Assembly (NCBI RefSeq): GCF_008065095.1
Contig: NZ_CP042911.1
Location: forward strand, 3,900,001-3,932,000
DNA from: Gemmata obscuriglobus
GTDB lineage: Bacteria; Planctomycetota; Planctomycetia; Gemmatales; Gemmataceae
Direction of reading: 5' to 3'
DNA length: 32,000 bases
The notes under the pieces are model-generated. The model saw only the letters and a program-made list of their open reading frames with translations. It was not told the DNA's origin and did no database searches. The position numbers and the translations under genes were made by a program. Position 1 is the first letter of the stretch; every line of letters begins with the position of its first letter. Positions 1 to 8,253 of the stretch are shown in pieces.

Positions 1-1
1 G

Positions 2-727
2 ACCCACTCGAACGCGAATCAGCCGAGCCTCGAATCGCTTACGCTGCGATTCCTTGCCACCCGTTCAGACGCCACCACGGCAGTCGAACGCGGCGAGAGC
101 GAAGTTGAACCGCACGAAGTGGCGGCTGGGTTCCGGGTCGACCCGCGGACGGCTTGGATCGACGCCAACAGTCACACCACGGGCTCCCCGGGGCCGCTGC
201 CGACCGAGTGGGCAGCGCTGGTGAGCCAGCCGTCGGCAGCGTTCGCCATACCGATGGCCGCCGGGCACTTCCCGCAGCGAGTTAAAGATCTGCAACCGCT
301 GCTCAAGCAGTTCCGACCGGCCGATCTGCGGCCCACGGGCGAAGAGGCCGCGATCCCGGCGTTCACCGGCCTGCGGGCGTGGGTTCAAAAGAACGCCAAG
401 TCGAACGCCCTGGTGGCCGCCGGCATCGCCCGAACGCTGGGCGACTTTGAAACTGCTGAGGCCTTGCTTGCCGGAGCAAATGAGACGGGGAACGAAAAGG
501 CCGCATTACTGTGGCAGAGCGGTAAGAGTGAGGAAGCTCTCGCCACCTGGAACGCAACGGCCGCAACGCCCGCGGTGCTGTTCAACCGCGGGATGGCGGA
601 ACTGTTTCTCGGCCGGTTCGCCCAGGCCCGCGCGTCGCTTCAGAAAGCGATCGACGCCATCCCGGAAGCGAGCGGGTGGAACGCGCTCGCCCGGTTGTAC
701 CTCGCGGTGGCTGAAATCCACGGGTAA
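2..727 (+). CDS. TPR-like helical-repeat protein, 5' end outside the window
   Basis: Frame 2 is open from base 2; there is no stop before the GTG at 119 used by the ORF track, so the gene begins upstream of the window. G/C is strong at codon position 3. Ala/Leu-rich helical repeats (ALLWQSGKSEEALATWN, FNRGMAELFLGRFAQARASLQKAI) look TPR-like. No specific family recognised. Confidence 0.45.
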   Translation, partial: THSNANQPSLESLTLRFLATRSDATTAVERGESEVEPHEVAAGFRVDPRTAWIDANSHTTGSPGPLPTEWAALVSQPSAAFAIPMAAGHFPQRVKDLQPLLKQFRPADLRPTGEEAAIPAFTGLRAWVQKNAKSNALVAAGIARTLGDFETAEALLAGANETGNEKAALLWQSGKSEEALATWNATAATPAVLFNRGMAELFLGRFAQARASLQKAIDAIPEASGWNALARLYLAVAEIHG

Positions 728-848
728 CGAATACGGTACTTTGCACGTGCCACCGGCGCGTGCCCGCCCTCTGCTCCAACCCCTTGCCCTCGCCTCGGGC
801 CGCGGGTAGCCTGATGCCGCCCACCTTCCTCGCATCTTGGAGCAGATC

Positions 849-1607
849 ATGAAAGTCCGCCTTACGGCGGTCGCGATCGCGGTCGCGATCGTCACCACAT
901 CAGTACGATCCGAAGACAATAAGGCCCCGGCCGGGTTTACGGCGCTGTTCAACGGTAAAGATCTGACCGGTTGGAAGGGTCACACCACGATGACCGAGCG
1001 GGCCAAACAGAAGCCCGAAGACCTCGCCAAACTGCAAGCCACTCGCACCAAAACCGCGTTCGAACACTGGAAGCTTGTCGACGGCGCAATCCACTGCGAC
1101 GGCAAGGGCGGCGTCAGCCTCGTGACTGAGAAGGATTACGGCAACTTCGAGCTGTTGGTGGACTGGAAAATCGCCAAGAAAGGCGACAGCGGCCTGTACC
1201 TGCGCGGACAACCGCAGGTCCAAATTTGGGACTCGGACAACGCCGGCGGCGGGCGCATCGAAGATCCGGGCACCGGGTCCGGCGGTCTGTGGAACAATCC
1301 GCTCCCGCCGAACGCCGAAAAATCAGCGGACGTGGCGCTGAGACTGCAAGAAGGCCGCAAGGTTGGAAAAGTCCCGCTGACGAAGGCCGACAAGCCGGTA
1401 GGCGAGTGGAACACGTTTCACATTACCGTGATCGGCGACGAAGTGACCGTGAAACTCAACGGCACGCTCGTGGTCGATAAGGCCAAATTGCTCAACTTCT
1501 GGGAACGGGGCAAACCGGTTCCTGAAACAGGGCCGATCGAACTCCAGTTCCACGGCGACCCGCTCTGGTTCAAGAACATCTATATCAAAGAGCTGAAGAA
1601 GTCGTAA
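849..1607 (+). CDS. secreted DUF1080 (3-keto-disaccharide hydrolase-like) domain protein
   Basis: The ATG at 849 gives MKVRLTAVAIAVAIV..., a signal-peptide-like N-terminus (the ORF track starts at a TTG at 837). FNGKDLTGWKG, WKLVDGAIHC, GDSGLYLRG, EWNTFHITVIGDEVTVKLNG and ELQFHGDPLWFKNIYIKEL match the DUF1080 pattern. Confidence 0.8.
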   Translation: MKVRLTAVAIAVAIVTTSVRSEDNKAPAGFTALFNGKDLTGWKGHTTMTERAKQKPEDLAKLQATRTKTAFEHWKLVDGAIHCDGKGGVSLVTEKDYGNFELLVDWKIAKKGDSGLYLRGQPQVQIWDSDNAGGGRIEDPGTGSGGLWNNPLPPNAEKSADVALRLQEGRKVGKVPLTKADKPVGEWNTFHITVIGDEVTVKLNGTLVVDKAKLLNFWERGKPVPETGPIELQFHGDPLWFKNIYIKELKKS

Positions 1608-1650
1608 CGACCGCAACTCAAGCGCCTCACGCTTGCTGCACGACATCATC

Positions 1651-1686
1651 AGAGGCCCGAACCCGTTCCAAAGGGTGCGGGCCTCT
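1651..1686. terminator. GC-rich hairpin 3' of the DUF1080 gene
   Basis: Arms agaggcccgaaccc (1651-1664) and gggtgcgggcctct (1673-1686) pair over 14 nt with 1 mismatch around an 8-nt loop, 44 nt after the stop codon. There is no T-tract, so terminator function is only inferred. Confidence 0.4.
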
Positions 1687-1762
1687 CACTTCACGTGAAG
1701 AAGCTCGCCCCGGCCTGGGGCAACCAGCGCTCAATCGGCTGCGCGAGCACGCAGCCCTTTTC

Positions 1763-1855
1763 CAGTAGTTCCAATTTACAAGTCGGGAACCCGTGCAGCC
1801 CAAGCCCCGGGCCGTTCGTGTGGCTTTGAGCCTCACGTGGAACTTGGAACTCCTG
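1763..1855 (+). repeat. MITE-like intergenic repeat, copy A
   Basis: This 93-bp segment aligns over its whole length with the reverse complement of 8254-8359 (shared blocks AAGTCGGGAACCCG, CCGGGCC, TTCGTGTG, TGGAAC). Its ends are inverted repeats: CAGTAGTTCCAATTT versus rc CAGGAGTTCCAAGTT. No credible ORF. Confidence 0.65.
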
Positions 1856-2013
1856 CATTCGGCTCAATAGGCCGGTGGATCTACGAAGCCTGTGATTGGG
1901 CCACGGAGGACGGTTCCGTGGACAAGAGCATGGGGCTGGTCGTCTCGCCAGCGGCAACTACCAAACGACACCAGCGGGTCCACAGGCGGCCCGAGATCGC
2001 CAGAGGGTAAGGG

Positions 2014-2211
2014 ATGGGTACGGTGTTCAGCTATGCCCGGTTGGTCGCGGGCTCCTGCTTGGTGTTCTGGGGCCTGTGGCTCGCCTTCCGCTCGAACGGG
2101 GTAGCCCCGGCTCTCGGGATCATTTCGAGCGGAGTCGGGTTGGCTGCCGCCCTTCATGAGACGGCATACGTTGCCGCCCGATACCTTCGCGCCCCTCAGC
2201 TCCCGAGGTAG
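2014..2211 (+). CDS. small hypothetical membrane protein (two predicted TM helices)
   Basis: ATG start, high GC3, and two hydrophobic stretches (LVAGSCLVFWGLWLAF, GIISSGVGLAAAL). No reverse ORF shares the GC3 phase here. No family recognised. Confidence 0.35.
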   Translation: MGTVFSYARLVAGSCLVFWGLWLAFRSNGVAPALGIISSGVGLAAALHETAYVAARYLRAPQLPR

Positions 2212-2261
2212 CAGTTGCGGAGGACACCGCCCGCGCATTCGGGACGCACCACATCCTCCAT

Positions 2262-2586
2262 CATGGCGGTGCAGGTGAGTTCATTGTTGGACCACATGAG
2301 AGGGGCGTCCGAAGTGGTTGTCGGCAACTGGATGGGCAGTCTGTACACCGTCACCGGTCGCCGCTGGGACTTGTTCTTGTTCCTCGACAGCGACAGCCGG
2401 TACGAGCGAACGGTGCGCCTGGAACCGGACCACGAGCGCCGGGACGCCGGCCGGTGGGAGTCCGCCGAGGCCGATGGCACGAGTGGGCACCGAGAAGGTT
2501 GGAAGAGAGTTTTGAGAGAATCGCGGACTCGGACAAGCGGAAATCCGTCACCCCGTCGGGACCGAGCTTCCGCCCGAAGGGTTTGA
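2262..2586 (+). CDS. hypothetical ORF, possibly a decayed continuation of 2014-2211
   Basis: It is in the same frame as 2014-2211 and separated from it only by the TAG at 2209-2211. GC3 stays high from 2212 to about 2490. G is enriched at codon position 1 in the forward frame but not in the competing reverse ORF 2196-2729. GC3 drops after about 2490, where frame 0 looks better. Confidence 0.2.
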
Positions 2587-2787
2587 ACGCGAGTTTCTCC
2601 GGCTTGTTGCCTCGTAATACCTGCGGCTCGGCGGGAGCGGTACGTGTGCGCCACGCAGTAATAGGATCCCAGCGCGAGCGTTGTTGCCGTTCCCGCGCGC
2701 GTGTATTCTATTAGCGCTTCTACCTTCAAGCTGCCGACCCGCCTGCGGACGGGCGGACCGGTCGTTCGTCACCCACGGGGTCGCGCC

Positions 2788-5700
2788 ATGTCGCCCGTCG
2801 TACTGTCCTGTCCGGCGTGTAAGTGCTCGCTTCGCGCCTCCGGTGTGCAACCCGGCCAGCGGATCCGTTGCCGGAAGTGCGGCGAGGTCTTTGCCGCACC
2901 GTCAACGGCGGCCGTACCGGTTCGGGAACCCGCTCCGGCCCCGTCGCGTCCCGCCCCCGAAGACGCCGCAGCCGCCGACGCAACGGTTTCAAACACGACC
3001 GCAAGCGCCCTCGAGCCGATCCCGGAGGAGTCCGACGACGCGCCGGCGCCAACGGGTGACGAGCGGACGGCGAAGGACCGCACCGGGCAGCCTCGCGCGA
3101 AGGCGAAACCCGGCGGCGTTATCAAGGGGCGCCCCGTATCCAGGAGGCCCCGTGACAAGGGACGGGAGCGCGACCCGCGCCCGCGCAAGAAGCCGCAGGG
3201 CGTCAGCCCGCTGCTGATCCTCGGCGGGCTCGCGGTAGGTGGGTTCGTGCTGCTCGCCACCGTGGCCGGCGTGGTCCTGTACTCCTGGCACGAGTCCGCA
3301 CAGAAGGCCGAGGAGGTCGCTCAGGCCGAGGCGCGCGAACGGGCCGAACGCGCCCAGCGCGACGCGAACCCGCCGCCGTTCGTCCCCGCCCCCCCGATCC
3401 CTTCCACACCGCCCGAGCGCCCGACTCTGCCGGCGAACCCGTGGGCCCAACCGCTCAACCCGCCGCCGCGGCAGCCGTTCGTCCCGCCGGTCCTGCCCTC
3501 GCGCCCGCCCGTCGAGCCCGCGACTCCAAAGCCGCCGGAGAAGGCGAAGCTCACGTTCCCGCCGGCCGCGCCCGTGCCGCTCAAGCCCGCGCCGCTGGCC
3601 GAAGCGAAAACGGAGCTGAAGCTCCCGGGCACCGTCACCGACGCGTGCGTCGGCGGCGGCGGTCGCTTCTGGTGCCTGATGATCGGCGACTCGAAGCAGG
3701 TCGCGGTGTTCGACGTGAACCGGGCGAAGGTGACCAAGTTCCTGCCGGTCGCGGGCGGCAAGATGGTGATGGCCGCCGGGATGAACAAGCTGGTGGTCGG
3801 GTACCCGGACACCGGCGCGCTCACACGGTTCGACCTCACCACGCTCGAAAAGGAGGTGACGGTCCAGTCGCCGGTCGAGAAGTTCGACGCGCTCCTACTG
3901 GGGGCCGCGTCCGCAGGGCCGCTGTTCCTCGGGCGCACGCCGGTCGATCTCCAGACCTTCAAGCTCATGGACGCACCGGCCCCTCCTGCGGGCTTTGGGC
4001 TGTACGGCCGGCGCCACTCCCGGATCAGCCCGGACGGCCACGTCATCGGGTCCTGGAGCACGGAGTTCTCGCCGTCCGGGCTGAACGTCGCCACGTTCGG
4101 GGACACGTCGGTCAAGCCGTTCAGCGAGCACACCTCGGTCGGGTTCGTGCTCCCCGCGGCCGACGGCACCACGGTCACCGCGGCGGGCGTGTACGGCCCG
4201 ACCGGCAAGAAGCTCGCCGGCCCGGACGGGTACTTCTTCCGCACGCCGGCCCAGGAGGGCGGCTTCTATCTCACCATCCCCGGCGGGGGCGGGGCGCAGG
4301 TGAACACCGGGATGGGCGACGTGGCCGGGCCGACCACCGTGTACGCGACCGGCGACGCCCGCGCGCTGGTGAAGCTGTCGGATGTCGAACTGCCGGCCGG
4401 CAACGAGGCGTGGGCCGGGACCGATTTCCTCGCCGACAAGAAGGTGCTGTTCACCACCACCGGCCAGCTCATCGCGGTGCTGGCCCCGTCCGGCGACAAA
4501 CTGGTCCTCCACAAGTTCGATCTGGAGGCGACGCTCGATAAGGCAGGGGTCGATTACCTGTTCGTGACGAGCCGCGCCCCCGGCGCGGTGCCGGGGCGAG
4601 TGTTCCGGTACGCGCCGGAGGTGCGGTCGAAGAAGGGCGGGGTGAAGGTCAAAGTGGACGCCGGCCCGGGCGGCATGGCGGTGGACGCGAGCGGCGTCGT
4701 CACCTGGCCGGTGCCAAGCGACTTCTCGGGCAGTGAGAGCGTGATCCTCACGGTGACGGACCGGTCCGGGCAGGAGATCTTCCACACATTCACCCTCGCC
4801 CCGGCGGCGGCCACACCCGGCCCGGCGGCGGCCACACCGGCGCCGGCGCCGGTGATCGGGGGGCCGGCGCAGGTGACGCTGGCGCCGAACCTGAGCCCGC
4901 TCCCGGCCCCTCCCGCCGGCGCTCGTCCGGGGCTGGTGCGGCCCGCCGCGAAGCCCGCGCCCATCACCCCGACAAAAGCAGCGGATAAGGCCGAACTGAA
5001 ACTGCCCGGGACCGCGGACGCGACCTGCTTCGGCGGCGGCGGCCGGTTCGTGCTGCTCCGGATCCCGAAAGAGAAGAAGGTCGCGGTGCTGGACGTGTGC
5101 GAGGGCAAGATCGTCAAATACGTCCCGATCCCGGAGGACGGCGCCCTGATCGCGGCCGGAAACGAACACCTGTTCGTGCTGGCCCCGACGGCCAACGTGA
5201 TCCAGCGGTGGAGCCTGACCACGTTCGAGAAGGAGGCGACCGTTGCGAACCCGCTGAGCGGTACGCCGCGGCAACTCCTGATGGGCCACGCAACCGACGG
5301 CCCGCTGTTCGTGGTCGGTCCGAACCGAATGCTGGACCCGAAAACGTTCAAAGCGCTGGACCTCCCGGCCGAGGCGAACGGCCGCGGGATGGGCGCGATG
5401 AGCGGGCACCCGCAGCACCCGCCGGCGGTCCGGGTCTCGGCCGACGGGCGCGTGTTCGCGTGGTGGACCCAGGGGCTGAGCCCGTCCGGGCTGTCGAGCA
5501 TGGTGCTCGGCGAGTCGAGCGCGAAGGCGCACTACGAACACACCACCGTCGGCGCCATCCTGCCGGGGCCGGATGGCACGCTGTTTACTGCCGGGGGCCT
5601 GTACACCCCGGAGCTGAAGCCCATCGGCGAGACGGGCCGGTACCAGTACTGGCACCACGTCCCGGTGCCGGCGGCGCACGGCCGAATGTACCTGTCGGTC

Positions 5701-6240
5701 GCCGCGGAGGACTTTCCCGGGCAGGGCCGGGCCGCTTCGAAGGTGGCGCTGAAGATGGTGGGCGACGACAAGGCGCTTGCGAATCTGAGCGGGCTGGACG
5801 GGCTCGACGTCCCCCGGAACAACAACCAGACGATGGCGCGGGGCCTGCAAATGGCCGACCGCGTGTTCCTGGTGCCCGACGCGAAGGCGCTGGCCGTTCT
5901 GCACGCCAGCGCGGACAAAGTCACCGTCCACGCGTTCGACGTGGAAGCGATGCTCGCGAAAGCGGGCGTAGATTACCTGTTCGTGGCGAGCCGCCCGCCG
6001 GGCGCGACGCGTGGCGCGACGTTCAGCTACAAGCCCGAGGTGAAATCGCGTAAGGGTGGGGTGAAGATCAAACTGGACGCGGGTCCGGAAGGGATGAAAG
6101 TTGCGACCGACGGCACCGTCACCTGGGACGTTCCGAAGAACTTCAACGAGGCATCCGTGTCGGTGATCCTGACGGTTTCCGACAAATCCGGGCAGGAAGC
6201 GTTCCACTCGTTCACGCTGCCGGTCGCTCCGCGCCCGTAG
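2788..6240 (+). CDS. large membrane-anchored protein: N-terminal zinc ribbon, TM helix, Pro-rich linker, then two tandem copies of a (beta-propeller-like + Ig-like) module
   Basis: The likely start is the ATG at 2788 (MSPVVLSCPACKCSLRASGVQPGQRIRCRKCGEVF, two CxxC pairs); the ORF track begins at 2701. The TM segment is VSPLLILGGLAVGGFVLLATVAGVVLY, followed by a coiled/charged stretch and a Pro-rich stretch. The C-terminal part of each module (GGVKVKVDAGPGGMAVDASGVVTWPVP...VILTVTDRSGQEIFHTFTL) resembles a bacterial Ig-like (He_PIG/cadherin-like) domain. Confidence 0.85.
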   Translation: MSPVVLSCPACKCSLRASGVQPGQRIRCRKCGEVFAAPSTAAVPVREPAPAPSRPAPEDAAAADATVSNTTASALEPIPEESDDAPAPTGDERTAKDRTGQPRAKAKPGGVIKGRPVSRRPRDKGRERDPRPRKKPQGVSPLLILGGLAVGGFVLLATVAGVVLYSWHESAQKAEEVAQAEARERAERAQRDANPPPFVPAPPIPSTPPERPTLPANPWAQPLNPPPRQPFVPPVLPSRPPVEPATPKPPEKAKLTFPPAAPVPLKPAPLAEAKTELKLPGTVTDACVGGGGRFWCLMIGDSKQVAVFDVNRAKVTKFLPVAGGKMVMAAGMNKLVVGYPDTGALTRFDLTTLEKEVTVQSPVEKFDALLLGAASAGPLFLGRTPVDLQTFKLMDAPAPPAGFGLYGRRHSRISPDGHVIGSWSTEFSPSGLNVATFGDTSVKPFSEHTSVGFVLPAADGTTVTAAGVYGPTGKKLAGPDGYFFRTPAQEGGFYLTIPGGGGAQVNTGMGDVAGPTTVYATGDARALVKLSDVELPAGNEAWAGTDFLADKKVLFTTTGQLIAVLAPSGDKLVLHKFDLEATLDKAGVDYLFVTSRAPGAVPGRVFRYAPEVRSKKGGVKVKVDAGPGGMAVDASGVVTWPVPSDFSGSESVILTVTDRSGQEIFHTFTLAPAAATPGPAAATPAPAPVIGGPAQVTLAPNLSPLPAPPAGARPGLVRPAAKPAPITPTKAADKAELKLPGTADATCFGGGGRFVLLRIPKEKKVAVLDVCEGKIVKYVPIPEDGALIAAGNEHLFVLAPTANVIQRWSLTTFEKEATVANPLSGTPRQLLMGHATDGPLFVVGPNRMLDPKTFKALDLPAEANGRGMGAMSGHPQHPPAVRVSADGRVFAWWTQGLSPSGLSSMVLGESSAKAHYEHTTVGAILPGPDGTLFTAGGLYTPELKPIGETGRYQYWHHVPVPAAHGRMYLSVAAEDFPGQGRAASKVALKMVGDDKALANLSGLDGLDVPRNNNQTMARGLQMADRVFLVPDAKALAVLHASADKVTVHAFDVEAMLAKAGVDYLFVASRPPGATRGATFSYKPEVKSRKGGVKIKLDAGPEGMKVATDGTVTWDVPKNFNEASVSVILTVSDKSGQEAFHSFTLPVAPRP
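3604..4797 (+). repeat. intragenic module R1 of the giant protein (398 aa)
   Basis: R1 starts AKTELKLPGTVTDACVGGGGRFWCLMIGDSKQVAVFDVNRAKVTKFLPV and ends KAGVDYLFVTSRAPG...SVILTVTDRSGQEIFHTFTL. It is colinear with R2. Confidence 0.85.
4984..6219 (+). repeat. intragenic module R2 of the giant protein (412 aa)
   Basis: R2 starts DKAELKLPGTADATCFGGGGRFVLLRIPKEKKVAVLDVCEGKIVKYVPI and ends KAGVDYLFVASRPPG...SVILTVSDKSGQEAFHSFTL. It is colinear with R1. Confidence 0.85.
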
Positions 6241-6386
6241 TTCGGTCGGGGGCACCGGGTTGCAGTTGCCCCTCGCCCGAATCCGCGAGCCCGCTCCATC
6301 CGGGGGTGCCACCAATTCGCACCGTTGTTCGCACCGCCCCCGGCACGGTTCTCAGTAGTCCCAGGTAGAAGTTGCGCGCACCGATT

Positions 6387-6430
6387 CGGGCGGGCCGGAA
6401 TCCCGGTCCGCCCGAGTCGGTGTCGTTTTT
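6387..6430 (+). terminator. terminator-like hairpin plus T5, 3' of the giant gene
   Basis: cgggcgggccgg (6387-6398) and ccggtccgcccg (6403-6414) form a 12-bp stem with 1 mismatch and a 4-nt loop. The TTTTT at 6426-6430 lies 12 nt from the stem, so the geometry is not canonical. Confidence 0.3.
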
Positions 6431-6678
6431 GTCGCTCCCGCTCCAAGCAAATACACGCCGAACACGTGGTCTCGGGCCTTGCCGGGTCAGCATCCGACAC
6501 CCGCTTCCGCTTTTGGAAGTGGTTCCGGCAACGCATCTTCAAGGGGCGGTCGCACGACACCGGTCGGGTGTGCGGCGGACGACGGGTTGCTGTCGCGAGT
6601 TTCGCCGAAACTTCATGCCGCTCGTCGCGTCCGGTACGGCATCCTGTTGCTGGCCGCTCCTGACACTGAGGACCCTTC

Positions 6679-8232
6679 ATGTACGTTCGCTGCCGCGTCG
6701 CTGCTTTATGTTTCATGGTCGGAGTGGTCGCGTGGTGTGCGCCGCTCGCGGCGCAGGACGAGACGCCCAAGAAGGCGCCGCTCACGCCGGAAGAAAAGGC
6801 CCGGGCCGAGAAGGACCGGAAGGCCGCCGCGGCGGCTGCGGAGGCGCAGAAACAGACCTGGCTGACCGTCTACAAGCCGACCCACGTTCCCGACCGCGTC
6901 ATTCTGACCTGGAACGGCGACCCGGCGACCTCCCAGGCGGTCACCTGGCGCACCGCCACTACCGTGACCAAGGCCGTCGGGCAGATCGCTCTCTCGGAGA
7001 GCGGTCCGGGGCACGACCCGCTCACCGCCAAAATGCGGCCGGTCGCCGAGAAGGTGACCACCGTTGCGGCGAAAACCGAGTTCCTCCGCTCGGACCTCTT
7101 CGAGGCCAACTACCACAGCGTCAGCTTCACGCAACTGAAACCGAAGACCCGGTACGTGTACCGCGTCGGTGACGGCAGCAGCTGGAGCGAGTGGTTCGAG
7201 TTCCAGACCGCCAGCGACCGGCCCGAGCCGCTCCGGTTCATCTACTTCGGCGACGCGCAGAACGAGGTCAAGTCGCACTGGTCGCGGGTGGTCCGCGGGG
7301 CCTACTCCGACATGCCCAAGGCGAACTTCATCCTGCACGCCGGCGACCTCATCAACCGGGCGAACGCCGACGGCGAGTGGGGCGAGTGGCACCAGGCCGC
7401 CGGGTGGATCAACGGGATGGTGCCGGTCGTCGCGACGCCGGGCAACCACGAGTACGGCGCGCCCCCCGGAACGCCCGCGAAGGTAGACGCCAAAGCGGAT
7501 GCTGCCGAGCCGAAGAAGGAGGCCCGCAAGGGCCGGCTGAGCGTGAACTGGCGGCCGCAATTCACCCTGCCGGAGAACGGGCTTCCCGGACTGGAAGAGA
7601 GCGTCTACCACTTCGACATTCAGGGTGTACGGGTCATCAGCCTGAACTCGAACGAGCGGCAAGAGGACCAGGTGCCGTGGCTCGAACAGGTGCTGGCGAA
7701 CAACCCGAACAAGTGGACCGTGGTCACCTTCCACCACCCGATCTACTCGACCGCGAAGGGGCGCGACAACAAGAAGCTGCGCGAGCTGTGGCGCCCGCTG
7801 CTCGACAAGTACACCCCCGACCTGATCCTCCAGGGGCACGACCACACCTACGGCCGCAGCGGGGTGATGCGCGAGGACAACCTGATCACCGGGGCGCGGC
7901 TGCGGGACGAGAAAGGGAGCGTGTACGTGGTGTCGGTGAGCGGGCCGAAGATGTACAACCTCGAAAAGGAAGACTGGATGCAGTCGAGCGCCGCGGACAC
8001 GCAGCTCTACCAGCTCATCACGATCGACGGCGACACGCTCCACTACGAGGCCCGCACCGCCAACGGCACGCTGTACGACACGTTCGACCTGACCAAGGCG
8101 CCCCCGGCGCCCGAGGCGCCGGCAGAGGCGCCGAGCGGGTTCGGAATCGGGGCGTGGGTGGCGGTCGGTGTGGTCGCCGCGGTAATCGGGCTGCTTGCCA
8201 TCCGCCGGGTGATCCGCCGCGCCGCGGCGTAG
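6679..8232 (+). CDS. purple-acid-phosphatase-like metallophosphoesterase, secreted, with a C-terminal TM anchor
   Basis: Signal peptide MYVRCRVAALCFMVGVVAWCAPLAAQ. A PAP N-terminal-like domain (ILTWNGDPATSQAVTWRT...YVYRVGDG..WSEWFEFQTA). Metallophosphoesterase motifs FIYFGDAQ, HAGDLINRA, ATPGNHEY, VTFHHPIYS and LQGHDHTYGR. C-terminal helix GIGAWVAVGVVAAVIGLLAI. Confidence 0.85.
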   Translation: MYVRCRVAALCFMVGVVAWCAPLAAQDETPKKAPLTPEEKARAEKDRKAAAAAAEAQKQTWLTVYKPTHVPDRVILTWNGDPATSQAVTWRTATTVTKAVGQIALSESGPGHDPLTAKMRPVAEKVTTVAAKTEFLRSDLFEANYHSVSFTQLKPKTRYVYRVGDGSSWSEWFEFQTASDRPEPLRFIYFGDAQNEVKSHWSRVVRGAYSDMPKANFILHAGDLINRANADGEWGEWHQAAGWINGMVPVVATPGNHEYGAPPGTPAKVDAKADAAEPKKEARKGRLSVNWRPQFTLPENGLPGLEESVYHFDIQGVRVISLNSNERQEDQVPWLEQVLANNPNKWTVVTFHHPIYSTAKGRDNKKLRELWRPLLDKYTPDLILQGHDHTYGRSGVMREDNLITGARLRDEKGSVYVVSVSGPKMYNLEKEDWMQSSAADTQLYQLITIDGDTLHYEARTANGTLYDTFDLTKAPPAPEAPAEAPSGFGIGAWVAVGVVAAVIGLLAIRRVIRRAAA

Positions 8233-8253
8233 TGGTTCCCGGTGTTCCGAATG

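Noticed and set aside
1758-1860. Target-site duplications flanking the MITE-like copies (also 8249-8364).
   Set aside because: The flanks are ttttc/cattc for copy A and gaatg/aacgg for copy B, which are not direct repeats. Mobility therefore remains unproven and is stated only as a hypothesis.
2196-2729. 177-aa minus-strand ORF overlapping the forward ORFs at 2215-2586.
   Set aside because: It shares the GC3 phase with the forward frame, so GC3 cannot discriminate. However, G at codon position 1 is low for this strand and normal for the forward strand, the N-terminal half is Arg-rich junk-like, and the only start is a TTG. It is kept only as an alternative explanation in the 2014-2620 finding.
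3604-6219. R1/R2 duplication as a diversity-generating retroelement template/variable repeat pair.
   Set aside because: There is no reverse transcriptase in the window. The two modules are far too diverged at the DNA level, and the differences are not restricted to adenine positions.
3895-6315. 806-aa ORF on the minus strand, opposite the giant protein gene. Similar long antisense ORFs occur at 6706-8391(-), 8957-11200(-), 12274-13347(-), 13310-14377(+), 14509-15552(+), 15591-16823(-), 20854-21831(-) and 23809-25458(+).
   Set aside because: All lie antisense to genes with clear family motifs. They are extremely Arg/Gly/Pro-rich and have no recognisable motifs. In high-GC DNA, stop codons are rare in the antisense frames, so these are typical shadow ORFs.
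6353-6527. Possible third, degenerate copy of the MITE-like repeat. It would start CAGTAGTCCCAGGTAGAAGTTG and end near TTTTGGAAGTGGTTCCGG.
   Set aside because: Only the first 7-8 nt and a few short words (CACGTGG, GGAAGTGGTTCC) match. The spacing is about twice that of copies A and B, and no colinear alignment can be made by eye. It needs a computed alignment before being claimed.
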